A stretch of 64,000 bases of DNA from Macrostomum lignano (taxonomy: Eukaryota). Shown here piece by piece: positions 1 through 11,493 of the stretch. The notes under the pieces were generated by a model. That model was not told where the DNA came from. It was given only the letters and a program-made list of their open reading frames with translations, and did not search any database. The DNA lies in contig NIVC01003477.1 of the NCBI GenBank assembly GCA_002269645.1, positions 1 to 64,000 on the forward strand, given 5' to 3'. The position numbers and the translations under genes were made by a program. Positions within the stretch are counted from its first letter, which is position 1. Each line of letters begins with the position of its first letter.

Positions 1-1512
1 CCACGATGCGAGTTGTTCCTTGGAGTGACTGGAGCAAGGACAACTGAAGTTACGTTATATTATTACTATATTATTTTACACTGGCTTAATGAGATTATTA
101 GTTTACAAACTAAAAACTCGTTTTCGCTATTGAGTATTGACTAGGAATTGTGACAGACTGACAAATTTCTAAAGAAAATTTGGCGTATTTTTAACGCTGC
201 TTATACATGTAGTCTACTATTTTATTACTTACATTTTAACGAAGAACAAAATTCTGGACCTAACGCCGAAAGAATTAGCTTTCTACGTGCAACTAGTCGA
301 GAATTACATATATGTGAAGACCAGGCCTCCAATAAAAATTACACGATACGCGAGTGTTGCGTCCTACTACTTAAGTTGTCCTTGGACTGGAGGCTGACCG
401 GAATTTCGTTATTCCCCGCCGTGCTAACGTGTGAAGGTAGTGAAGCATGTCCGATGTTGTTCCGGACATTGTTGCAAGGTTTGGTGACAAATCATGGCAT
501 ATGATGCAATGCACACATTCTCTTCGGCACATTGAGCAACTTGGTACCGTGTCCATCAATTCTCGTCTAAGCACTCTTGGCATTTCTCCATTTGAAAATT
601 AGATAGAAATTATTTCTGGGAGTAGAAAATGCCGAATAGACCGAATCCGAGAGTGCGCAGGTTTATGCTAGTCGAAGTATGCATGTGAAGATATATAAGA
701 GCGCAGTTAATGTTAACGTTCCATATGGTTATGTGCTTGATACAGTAACATACTAAAGCTCTGCGCAATGAGCTTTGCGACTTGAAGCAATGCATATAAT
801 TGGCGTGTCGTGTTTAGTCGATCGCTTTGCCAGCTATCTAATTCGGATAGTGTTATTAATAGAAGGATTAGGTCGGCATTACGTTTATTAAGTATGGGGA
901 GTTTGTTGCTGCGAAATCGTTGACCGCTGCACGTACAATGAGAACCTCCTACATCTGATGTTATGACTTTATCTGATTTATTGAAACTTTATAAGTGAAT
1001 ATTTAGTCAGAATTAGAGTGGAAAAGTGCACTGGTTCTGTGGGGAATATTGGACCAGAATTGCATCCCCACAAAGATCAACGTTCAACTTTACCAACGTT
1101 AAAATTACGTCCACCACAAAGAGGTTCTCGTTCAGATTCTAGTTGTAGGGAAGTCCTTGGCCTAGCTACCCATAAAATTCTCAATAAAACACTGATCTCC
1201 TCATTAAAACCCTATACGTTATCCGCGTATACCTCTGCTTCCCCCATCCCCATCTGATGCAGCTGCGTTGCCATCTAAAGCGATCTGTGGCCTCCTTGCT
1301 TCTGACGCTCAGGAGTCAGGATGAGGGAGAGACAGGCTGATTTGATATATTGAGACTGCTTCTGCCTGCCTTTATAACCCATAAATATTTCATTTCCCTA
1401 AGCTGCAGTGGCTCTACTTGGCCCCCGCTGCAATGTCTCGCTGCCTTCAATAAAGTTGCGCATTAATTTTAGCAATTTGTGGTTGCCAACGTTCCTCCGT
1501 CGATATGGCACC

Positions 1513-1683
<171 letters not shown>

Positions 1684-2872
1684 GGCGCCCCCAATCTCAG
1701 GCACGGACGCGGTACATGTAAAAAGGACAAACAAGTCAAGGGGTAAAGTTGCCGATATTTCGAATATTTCGACCCTTTAGCCGAAGCATCTCACAGTGCT
1801 TTGCTGGTTTGCACAAACAACAAGCAGCATCTCAGATGTGCTTGATTTCAACAGCAATTTAGAAAGCCAAACAACAGGCAGCACTCAAAGATTGTTGCTA
1901 ACCAATATTTTATCATAAGGATGCATAAATATGAGGCTAGGAAATCCTTGTATATAATTGTTCGAAAAAACTAACGTGAGAAAAGGTTAATATAGTCTGG
2001 AAAGTGAAAATTACAGGAATTTACAGCTACTGTAAGGGTATCAAGCACAAAAAGCTACATAAATTTGCAACAAAGCTAATGGCTACTTTGTAGCTCTGGT
2101 TTGCTAAAATGTTTAACTTTTGTCACCAAAAAAAGTTGCTTTCTTCACTATTGAGTATTAAAGTTTAGTGCAGCGATCAGGTTTAGCATATAGGAATGTC
2201 AAAACAAAGACCTGCAGTGATAAGCATGAAGAGAAACTGCAAATTGAGTTCAAGAAGGAGAGGGAGAAAGGAAAACGGTCAGCTGTTAAAAACACTTCAA
2301 AATGACAAAAGAAACGGCCATTTCCTGTAGGCGTTGCTGCGCCATGCACCAACCTAAACCTAAGCTGGTGGGGCCTGAATTGAAAATCTGTGTCTGGACA
2401 AAATTAGGCTTGAAAATCATTGGGATCGTGACCCGATAAATCAATAAATGCAGCAGCTGACCTGCAGGAAATGTGATCCACAGTTTGGAGCTCAGCTGGA
2501 TATCAGACACTCAAACGTTTTCATCGAGTACGATTGCAATGTTTTGAGTTCGGGTCTCGCTAGCGCAGGCCTGCTGGCAAATTGTTCGTGCGGTACAAAA
2601 CTAAATAGAGGGTTAAATTATAAGCCTTTTAAAGCTTCTGATAGTAAGCCACAGTTGCGGAAGCTCTAAACTTAATCCCTACTCACCCAGAACTGATAAA
2701 TAAACAAAATATAATTACCTACTAACGCAAGGCTAAACAGTCCATTTTAATCTTCGGTGTTTGGATTAAGTTCAAGTGTAGTAATTATTTAGTCCCTAAG
2801 ACGGCGGTCTTTGTTTCTCTTTAATGTACTTCAATTCTTTTTAATTCAACTGCATGGAAGTTACGTTGAAAG

Positions 2873-4004
2873 TCAGTTGAAAATCAGGCACTCAAACGTC
2901 TTCATCGAATACGATATAACAAGTGCGCTACCAGATCCAGATGCATGAAGATAGTAATAGATTCCCTGTGAATTAATATTGGGATGCTCTTTGTAGACTC
3001 CGTTCGGGTCCATGAATGCACACTGCCCGTACCACCAACCAGCCTGCCTGTTCTGTGCGCAGCTGCCTCCGCTCGAGTTGTCATTGTCGGAGTCCGGAGT
3101 GCTGAACTGCCAGTTGTTCGGTGAGTAGTTCGCATAAGTCCGCTGTCCGACACTCGACCTGCTCGCGTCCAGAGGTCCCATCGAGCACCTGTACTTGTCG
3201 CTCGCTGGGCCAACAGAGAACGGAGCATTCTCAGCCCAGTACCAGGTGCCGTTCCAGTCGCTGAACTCCCAGCGGACTCTCCACACTCCGGTGGCGGTGA
3301 GCTGGTGGAGCTGCTCCAGTCCCATCCAGTAGTTGAGACTCTCGCCCTGACCGAATCCGCTCGCGTAGTCCGCCCAGTTCCGGTTGAAGCTGACGGAGCC
3401 GTCGACTCTGTGCTGGAAGGTCGTCCAGCACTTCACCGGGTTTCTCATCTGCAATGGGCGATGCGGTGCTGCATTTCGTGCACGCATATTGATGCGGTGC
3501 TGCATTTCGTGCACGCATATTGATGCGGTGCTGCATTTCGTGCACGCATATTGATGCGGTGCTGCATTTCGTGCACGCATATTGATGCGGTGCTGCATTT
3601 CGTGCACGCATATTGATGCGGTGCTGCATTTCGTGCACGCATATTGATGCGGTGCTGCATTTCGTGCACGCATATTGATGCGGTGCTGCAAAGTGCAGAA
3701 GCCACAAAGCAAAGCCCAGCTCGCTCACCCACAGCTGAGACAGGCTGGAGTCGCTGGCGTGCCGACACTTCCTGCAGGCGTCCATCGCTCCCCGATCGCA
3801 GGCCAGCAGCGAGCAGGAGCCCGAGGCCGCGTCGAAGCGGACGGCATCCGCGTTCTCAGCAAGCATCGTACAGTGAATGTCGCTGATGGCCAGCTTCACC
3901 GCCAGCACCCGGTACTCGGCGAGGTCGCCTCGGTGGCGCTCCCAGCCGGAGTTTGCGGCCGTTGCAGTCGCCATGACAGCGCAGATGATGAGCAAAGCAT
4001 GCAT
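2873..4004 (-). CDS. Secreted fibrinogen-related protein (signal peptide + short Cys-containing PAN/apple-like segment + fibrinogen C-terminal domain), 2 exons
   Basis: Exon 1 is 4004..3729 (92 codons, MHALLIICAVMATATA signal peptide) and ends at a GTGAGC donor. Exon 2 starts at 3448 (TTGCAG acceptor, phase 0; 283 aa total) or at 3685 (TTTGCAG, also phase 0). FBG motifs: WTTFQHRVDGSVSFNRNWADYASGFG, YWMGLEQLHQLT, FSTPDSDND, CA...GWWYGQC. Confidence 0.88.
3460..3690. repeat. 31-bp minisatellite, 7 full units (GATGCGGTGCTGCATTTCGTGCACGCATATT)
   Basis: Perfect tandem copies read directly. Confidence 0.97.
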
Positions 4005-5377
4005 TGTGTCGCAGTTGTTTGAGACTCCGCAGTTTTGCTCCGTGTGGTGGCATCCCGTGAGGCTGCGCTTTGATAACTTGAGTTTGGAGGTGGGTGACTG
4101 AGTTTTGTTTATTCACAACTGCTTGCCGACTTGAGCGCACAAGCAAATGAGGGAAGAGAATTGAGGCGTCAATTCCCGACTTCTCTACTCAGTGTACGGC
4201 TGTGCTACTGAATCATATAGCTGGGACTTATGGCAATTGGTGGTCTGGATAAGCAGGGCTCTGTAGCATATAGAATGTGAGCATAGATGTGCAGATTAAT
4301 GGAAAATACTCGTACATCACTTTGTCTTAGGTCTCTGTTCATAGAATACCTGAGCTGATGTTTTAATGAAGTGTAGAGATCTCCAAACACAGTAGCCTAC
4401 TAAAAGTAGTAACATAAAGTTATGAATACAAAATTAAAAATAGCTACACGTCAAATTCTATTTTTAGTAATACCAGCAATATCACGCAAACAGCGAGTGA
4501 CTATGCTATTGTTCGAAAAAACCGGTTTTCGACATTTATTTTTAGAACTTCCAAATATGGTAAATGTTAACCTGAATGTGACCCAAGTCTCACCCTTTTC
4601 TATTCAAAAACACCACCTGTCAAATAATAAAATTCCTTTCGTGAACTCATCAAAAAAACCGGTTTTGAGCTCAAGGCCGACAAATTGTGTATAAATACAA
4701 ACGCAAAATCCGAGCTGAAATCTCAGACTCGGAGCAGCCTCCAAAGATCTTGGGCTTTGCAAGAGCAGCCAAACGAGGCCATATCTCTGAGGACGAGATA
4801 AACACTAATTGGTAAGCTTTGTTCGAGTCTTCATTATTTTGATTATTGAGAGCGATTGTTATTGCCGGCCGTTACTGTTCAGTGATTTTACTGAGTCTAT
4901 TGAGTTTGAGGCCTCCCTTTTCCTAAGGGATTGGATAGGATCTGCGGACCGATTCCGATACCCTTAGAGGATTATCGAGTTATTGATTTTGAATTATCCT
5001 AGATTAACCGATAGGAGCACACGACTCCGATTCCGTTAGTTCTAGAAGAAGACGCCCTTTCTGGAGGACCTCGTATTGTTATAGAAGTTGATTTTGTTAT
5101 TAGGGCGCATCGTTGATATTGATTTCGGAACTCGAGGAATATATTGAATTCTGCACTCGAGGAAATACTGCGACGTCGATTTAATTGTTACGCTCTCACT
5201 TTCGGCCGATTTTAGACTTCAAGAAGACTACCCCGGGAGGAACAGCTCTGCAAAGACCAGCTCTACAGACGCGCGCGACAAAGAAGAGGAGCCCGCAACA
5301 GTAAGTGATCACTAAAATTTGTTCCCAGGCTTAGGGTCTGGAAGTGGGAGTTCGAGCGTTTAGACACTAGACATAAT

Positions 5378-5380
<3 letters not shown>

Positions 5381-5427
<47 letters not shown>

Positions 5428-5432
5428 TCTCT
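5381..5432. repeat. (CT)n microsatellite
   Basis: Direct reading. Confidence 0.95.
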
Positions 5433-5964
5433 AGTGTGCTAAAGCGAACTCTTCAGAAGTTAGCGATTGGGAATAAGGGCAAGGCTCTAAATCGACCCCT
5501 TTTGCTATTCATGTTCCTTTGCTGGTTTCCTGTTTTGCTGGTTAATGCATTATTAATACATTTAAAGTCGAGGTGCTCACTGTGCCGGCTGACATCCCAG
5601 TGGACCTGACATGCCGCGACACAGACGGGCAGAAGACAACGCTGACACGCTGCCTGCGGTTCATCTTCCTCGGCGGTCTGGTGCCCCACGTATAAAGGAG
5701 GGCATCTGGCGGCAGAGAGGATACCCTGAGCGGCCGACTGATCCATCCAGACCGAGAGCTCCTGCCCTTAGGTTCTACACGGCGTCCTGCTGTTGACCTT
5801 GCAGGGCCCATTTAGGCGGAGCCAAGCCCGAACTCATTGATACGTGCACTGTCTGTTGTGCGACGTCAGGGCGCTCGACATCGCTGGCGGAGCGGACTTT
5901 GCAATCTGAATCACCCTGGACACTTGACCTTACTTGGCTGCGTCTTTTGTTGTCATTGTTTTCG

Positions 5965-6000
5965 TTGTTGTTGTTGTTGTGTGTGTGTGTGTGTGTGTGT
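5965..6000. repeat. Compound (GTT)n(GT)n microsatellite
   Basis: Direct reading. Confidence 0.9.
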
Positions 6001-7087
6001 CGGCATACGCCTCTCAAACGGTCCACTGCGAGTGGGCCGCCCTGAGGAACTTAACCACCATATCTTTCTTCCTGAGATCGGCCACCGATTCCATCCCAAG
6101 ATGTTTATGGAGTCCATAAGCGGCTCTCGAATTAGCGGCTCTTGAATGCCGCTACGCAGAGCTGATGAGCATCCAGCAGCTGGCGGCCTGCTTGCAAGAG
6201 CCGTCTCTGAGCACCATCCTCCACTGTCGCCGAATGGCCCTGGTGGACCACTGCTTCCGTAGCCATGGTCGAGGGTAAGCTTTCCCTCTGACCAACCCTG
6301 ATGCTGCACGACCCGACGGAGCCCCTGCGCGTGGCCAAGCCTGCACCACCACCCTGCGGGCCACACTGACGGACGACCTGCTGAGCATCGGCCTGACCCC
6401 TTTGTCCACCACTGACCGTTTCCCCCAGCCTGTTCAAACGGTGTGTGCTCGTTAACACTGACTAGCGTCATTAATAATAATAATAAATGGTGTCATTATG
6501 AATTGTATAGCATAAACTATAACATAACTTCTAGGCGTCAGCACCACGGGCTTTAGCACCAGGGGCGCCATAATTGGGGATGCAACTTTTCAGATTTTTA
6601 ATGGCGAATAGTAACTTTTGTTGCATTAGGCATTATCCCGTTTCGGTTGGTTGCACCGACACATGCCATTGTAAGTAAGCGGTAAGTAATTTGAACATTT
6701 CCCGATCCTTTGCCCAGGTGATTAAGGATTGCACTGTAATTGCAGGCTTGTATGCTTTTTAGCTAAGAGTGGGTTCTCACCAGCCTGAATTAGAAGACTG
6801 TGCGACCTTTGACAGTGAGCCATCTTTCCGACTGAGACTGTTAAATGAAGACGAGAGACGAAATAACATGAATTCTGTCGAAAGAGTACGAATTTGTACT
6901 GTAGTTGTCTGGAGACAAGTCTGTAGAAAGTCTGGTGTAATTTACTGAATCTCCCACTCCACATCCACTCCACATCCACTATAGCTAGCGTGCAGGCTTG
7001 TCAAGAAATGTTGATACACACTCAGCAACTGTCAAAACCGCCGCCCTACCGACAGAGGCGACTTCTCTCTCACCTCAACCGCAAGAC

Positions 7088-7165
7088 CTGGACTGAATAG
7101 CCGTGCGCAGCCTTCAGATGCACCGCGCAATAGTGCGGCTGAGCTGTCGCGGTTGCAACAACAGC
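7088..7165 (+). mobile_element. 3' fragment of the dispersed SINE family also at 8294-9468, 49270-49495 and 57968-58138
   Basis: Shares GGACTGAA(T/C)AGCCGT(G/A)CGCAGCCTTCAGATGC...GCGGCTGAGCTGT with the other copies. Confidence 0.75.
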
Positions 7166-7224
7166 AATAAAATAGCTATAGGTTGTCAGCCAGTCAAGTG
7201 AATCATGAGAGGCAAAGACAACGT

Positions 7225-7797
7225 CACAGGGCGGCGCATTTCAGGGCCTGGGCGCGAACCTAGGCCGCACTGCCGCCAGTGTCCGGGATGCCAGCATCAA
7301 CCAGTAGGCAGTCGACAAAACGTCGAGTGTGTGCCTGTCCCCGCCGGTAGGGATTCACCTCCTGCACCAGCTGCGGGCAGTAGGACTCGGAATAGATGAT
7401 GTGGCTTGCCAGCTGGAGTCGCCGACGGCGCAACAGTTCGCTAGGACGGGACAGGCCGGTGCGAAATAGAGTCCGCATTGGTGACATGCTCCTAGCCGAA
7501 CTTGAAGGCGGCGCGCAGCAGGCCAGCGTGCGCTGCAGCATCGACCTGCTGTTCGAGCGATTCCGTCAGCGTCCAGGTCTCGGCTTTATACAACAGGACG
7601 ACCTCAATCACCGCCTGGAACAGCGCCGCCTTCTGGCGGTCAAGCAGGGCCTCGGAGTGCAGAACAGCCCTCACGGAACGAAAGGCAGCCGAGGCAAGTC
7701 CGCGGCGACGTCACAGGTCCTCAGCGAAGAGCTAGGATCTGCGCCATTGTGCCGCGATGGGGCCGGAACCCGTTCTGCTCAGGCCGCAACGAATTGA
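7225..7797 (-). mobile_element. Internally deleted, frameshifted RTE-clade non-LTR retrotransposon fragment
   Basis: Minus-strand translation gives the RT N-terminal motif QNGFRPHRGTMAQILALR, joined directly to C-terminal RTE motifs RRRGLASAAFRSVRAVL, VLLYKAETWTLT and RRRRLQLASHII. Confidence 0.8.
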
Positions 7798-8293
7798 CTG
7801 AATCTAGGATGCATGAGCTTAATTCAAAACTTTGTACATGTATGTTAGTGTCTGTCTATCAGGGACTCGCACTCCGCAGTCCACGCTCCTGGCACCAGTC
7901 TTTGTCTGGCCGTAAGGTCATCAAACACAATTAATGTGTGAGCCTTGCTCATACAAACGTTTTGTCTTTTTCATTTGGAGTCAGGCTCCACAATGTAAAT
8001 ACGAGTATGTTTAAATACACGTAGATATTGAACAGAATAGACAGAATTTGACCATTCAAGTTCAAGCTTTGTTACATCTCTCGTACTTGTATTTGGGAGA
8101 GTCTTCAGTACGTGAACAAGCTGAGTATATTGAACGGAGGGATCTGAGATCAAAGCTGGTGTTTAAAATGTATACGCGTACGTGTCTTGCTTATATTTTC
8201 ATACAGGCCTGAACTGTTTTGGAGCCAAAAACAGAGCCTAAGCTAAGTGTATAGCCACAGCGTATTGAGCTGCAGTAATACGGTAGCTCTGTG

Positions 8294-9468
8294 TAATAAT
8301 GATAATAATAATTGATTGATACATACACCTGCCCTAATGAGCAGATGTGCAACCGACAGCTCAGCCGAAGCTATGGCACAGCGCATCTGAAAACTGCGTA
8401 AGGCTGTTCAGTCCAAGGACTGAAGGGTGGCCACACACCCTTAATTACCCCAGCTAATGCTGGCACCCACTTTACTACTGGGATAACTGAAGCAATGCAG
8501 AGTTAAGCGTCTTGCTTAGGGATTGCAAATCCCGGCTGTTCTACGATCCCGGGATCCCGGACGAAGCTATGACTCAATCCCGGGATCCCGGACCCAATCC
8601 CGGGATTGACATTTTAATTATTTTGCCAGAATGCCAGAAAACCCGCTTCAAATTAAGAATGCATTCTGCACTTGGTCCAACTTACTATATTACTACTATA
8701 CTATATACAATATATACGTATATATACGTATATATCGACATATACGATATATGCGATATACTACTATACTATACTACTACTATACAATATGTAATATATA
8801 CATGTAAGTAGTATATCGTATATATCGTATATATACGATACGATATACGATATATCGTACGATATATACGATATAATACTTATATACATGTACTATATAT
8901 TGTACTGTATAGTAGTAGTATAGTAGTATAGTATAGTATAGTACTACTATGAAATACTACTATATAAATAAAATATGAATACATGCATGCAAAATTATCT
9001 CCCAGTCATTTTTCAATGCTTTTATGTACATAACACAAGTTACACAAGTAACTCAAGTAGTCAAATACACAAACACAACACAAGTTTGAGATTGTTTGTT
9101 TGTTTGTATTGTATGTATTGTATAATTTGTATTGTATCACGATTCGAGAATCGAGAGTCACGTCACAATCACGACGCGCTCGAATGTTACTTGTGTAATG
9201 TATTTAAAATACGAACATTTTGATATTTCCTGGATATCACCCACTTTATCAAAAAAGTTTCCAATCCCGGGATCCCGAGCCCCTAATCCCGGGATTCCTT
9301 CAGGCCAAAAAGTGTCCGGGACCCCGGGATTCGGGATCCCGGGATCCCGGGATTGCAATCCCTAGTCTTGCTCAAGGACACAAATTGTCCCGAGTGGGTG
9401 GTGAATCGAACCCCCGACTTTTCAGTCGCGAGTCCGATGCTCTAACCTCTAGACTTCAACCCGGTCCC
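8294..9468 (-). mobile_element. tRNA-derived SINE with CORE(MIR)-like central domain and (ATT)n-like tail, split by a MITE
   Basis: Minus strand: A-box-like AGTCTAGAGGTTAGAGC and B-box GGTTCGATTCACC in the head (9365-9468). TGTGTCCTTGAGCAAGACGCTTAACTCT, a CORE-like segment, is reconstituted across the MITE. The body (8294-8516) matches the copies at 49270 and 57968. Confidence 0.8.
8517..9364. mobile_element. Non-autonomous hAT-type MITE, 848 bp
   Basis: TIRs TAGGGATTGCAA(A)TCCCGG. Exact 8-bp TSD GTCTTGCT at 8509-8516 and 9365-9372. Clustered subterminal ATCCCGG/CCGGGAT motifs at both ends; AT-rich low-complexity interior. Confidence 0.92.
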
Positions 9469-9847
9469 CTTTGTGTCACAAATTCCATTTACTGTCGTAT
9501 AAGAAAAGTATGGCTGACGGCTACAGAATACCACCGAAAAAAATGAAACAAAAATTCTCTGTAGATCGGGTCTATATATGGTTTATGTGTAGCGTTCACT
9601 ATTAAAATTGAATAAGTTATTAAAAATCGATTTGTTGTTAAATGCACGCTTAGAAAACTGTGGAATGTGTGTTTAGGAAAAATTTGAACTGGAATTTATC
9701 TTTCGCCTCTATCGAGTATTTTTTTTAATTTGGCTTGCTGGTAAAACACTAAAATGAGAAAAACTGTTTTCCGTGAGATCGACTTCTTTGATTTTGAGTT
9801 AATTGCAACAGTCTGAAACTGAGAAAGAAATTTACCACTGGAGAATA

Positions 9848-10952
9848 ATGAAAAACTTTTGCTATTTTTTCGTTGTGTGTTGTTGCGCCATCTGTATCGC
9901 TGAACCGACAGGTAAGTGTGACATCGTTTCTGTCTCTCAAATATCATTGCGGTTAAAGCATACAAAATTCTCTTTGGAAATGTTGATTTTAGTGATTGCG
10001 TACAAAAGTTTTTCAGGTAATGGACACACAGCTTTCAGGTAGCGGACAGTGAGAGTTCAGGTAGCGGATAGTGAGAGTTCAGGTAGCGGACAGTGAGAGT
10101 TCAGGTAGCGGACAGTGAGAGTTCAGGTAGCGGACAGTGAGAGTTCAGGTAGCGGACAGTGGCAGTTCAGGTAGCGGACAGTGAGAGTTCAGGTTGGTCT
10201 ACAGACACAGTTGGTCTAGGCTTTTAAATTTACATATGTTAGACATGCATGCATTGATATCTTGATTGATAGTATTGGCCAGACGTACCAGACCATGGTA
10301 TGGTCCCTATATTAATTTATTGATTTTATTTACTCTGGCTACCCTAGACGACATCAGGCAGCTGCTGTTCAGCATCCGCTCCGGTGTTAATGTTTCTCCA
10401 CTGCAAGAGTGGCTACACGGCAGGAGCCAGTACTACGGCTCGAGACTCGATGCGATTCCCGACGTTTACCGATCCTCGATGCTGGATGACTTTAATTCTC
10501 GCCTGAAATTATTCAAGTCGCTCAATTTAATAGTTGTAGCCATGCTGAAATCAGAACAAATTGTTGCATCGGCAACTTTCAACATATCGGATCGGCGGAA
10601 TCAAGTGGACTTGGTCAACTGGTTCGCACCTGACAGACTGGTTGACACCAAGCCTTTCTGGATCGGCAAAGGTCCGTTCATCGATTTCGGCGTCGAAGGA
10701 CTCCAATGGCCCAGTGACAAGCAGCATCGGGGAGACTGGGCTACGATTACTAGGACGTTCTACATTCACAAGGGGCACAGGACGTGCCAGACAGATTCAG
10801 GGTTGATGGGCGTCATTGAAGAGGGCAAGGAGTACTGCGACTGGTCCGACAAAGCGCCTGGGCAACCGCCGATCTTTTACTACGCAAAAAACGATGCAAG
10901 CTATGAGAGCTCCCTTGACTTTGCCGATCAGCTGATTGTTTACCTGAAATAG
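9848..10952 (+). CDS. Secreted protein of an unnamed invertebrate family, 2 exons (~222 aa)
   Basis: Exon 1 is 9848..9911 (MKNFCYFFVVCCCAICIAEPT signal peptide, GTAAGT donor, phase 1). Exon 2 is 10348..10952 after a CCCTAG acceptor, phase matched. Motifs NWF..DRL, RTFYI.KG...C..D.GLM.V, CDW, P..FYY, ADQLIVYL. Confidence 0.75.
10034..10194. repeat. 22-bp intronic minisatellite (TTCAGGTAGCGGACAGTGAGAG), ~7 units
   Basis: Direct reading. Confidence 0.95.
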
Positions 10953-11128
10953 AAAGCACTAAGGCTCGCTTCTAAACTGAGTATTGATTAAAACCGTGAA
11001 AGCAACATTGAACAACTTATGATTTAGCTCCAGGCATATTGCCATCAGTCGCGTTTCTTTATTTCAAACATCAAATAAAGGTTTAGACAGAGTAGTAATT
11101 ATACTCTGGAATGAAACCATGGAATCAA

Positions 11129-11493
11129 GTGTAGCATTGACCTCCAGGTGATCAAACTGTGTAGCACTGAACACTAGTGATCAAACTGTGTAGCATTGAT
11201 CTGGTAGTGATCAAACTGTGTAGCATTGATCTGGTAGTGATCAAACTGTGTAGCACTGAACACTAGTGATCAAACTGTGTATAGCACTGAACACTAGTGA
11301 TCAAACTGTGTAGCACTGAAAACTAGTGATCAAACTGTATAGCACTGAACCCTAGTGATCAAACTGTGTAACATTGATCTCGTAGTGATCAAACTGTGTA
11401 ACATTGATCTCGTAGTGATCAAACTGTGTAGCATTGATCTGGTAGTGATCAAACTGTGTAACATTGATCTCGTAAGTGATCAAACTGTGTAAC
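11129..11493. repeat. 29-31 bp minisatellite (GTGATCAAACTGTGTAGCATTGATCTGGTA), left part
   Basis: Direct reading; continues at 13492-13600 beyond an insertion. Confidence 0.93.

Noticed and set aside
1255-1480. Possible short solo LTR (TG start, TATAA, AATAAA)
   Set aside because: No convincing CA terminus with TSD and no second copy in the window.
4689-5340. TATA-like motif followed by two strong donor sites (near 4812 and 5301), suggesting an unannotated transcript or LTR
   Set aside because: No ORF with recognisable similarity and no element boundaries could be defined from the sequence alone.
5940-6470. Possible 3' end of a minus-strand non-LTR element with a (CA)n(CAA)n tail
   Set aside because: The tail and GC-rich composition are suggestive, but I could not recognise a convincing RT, RNase H or Zn-finger motif; left unresolved.
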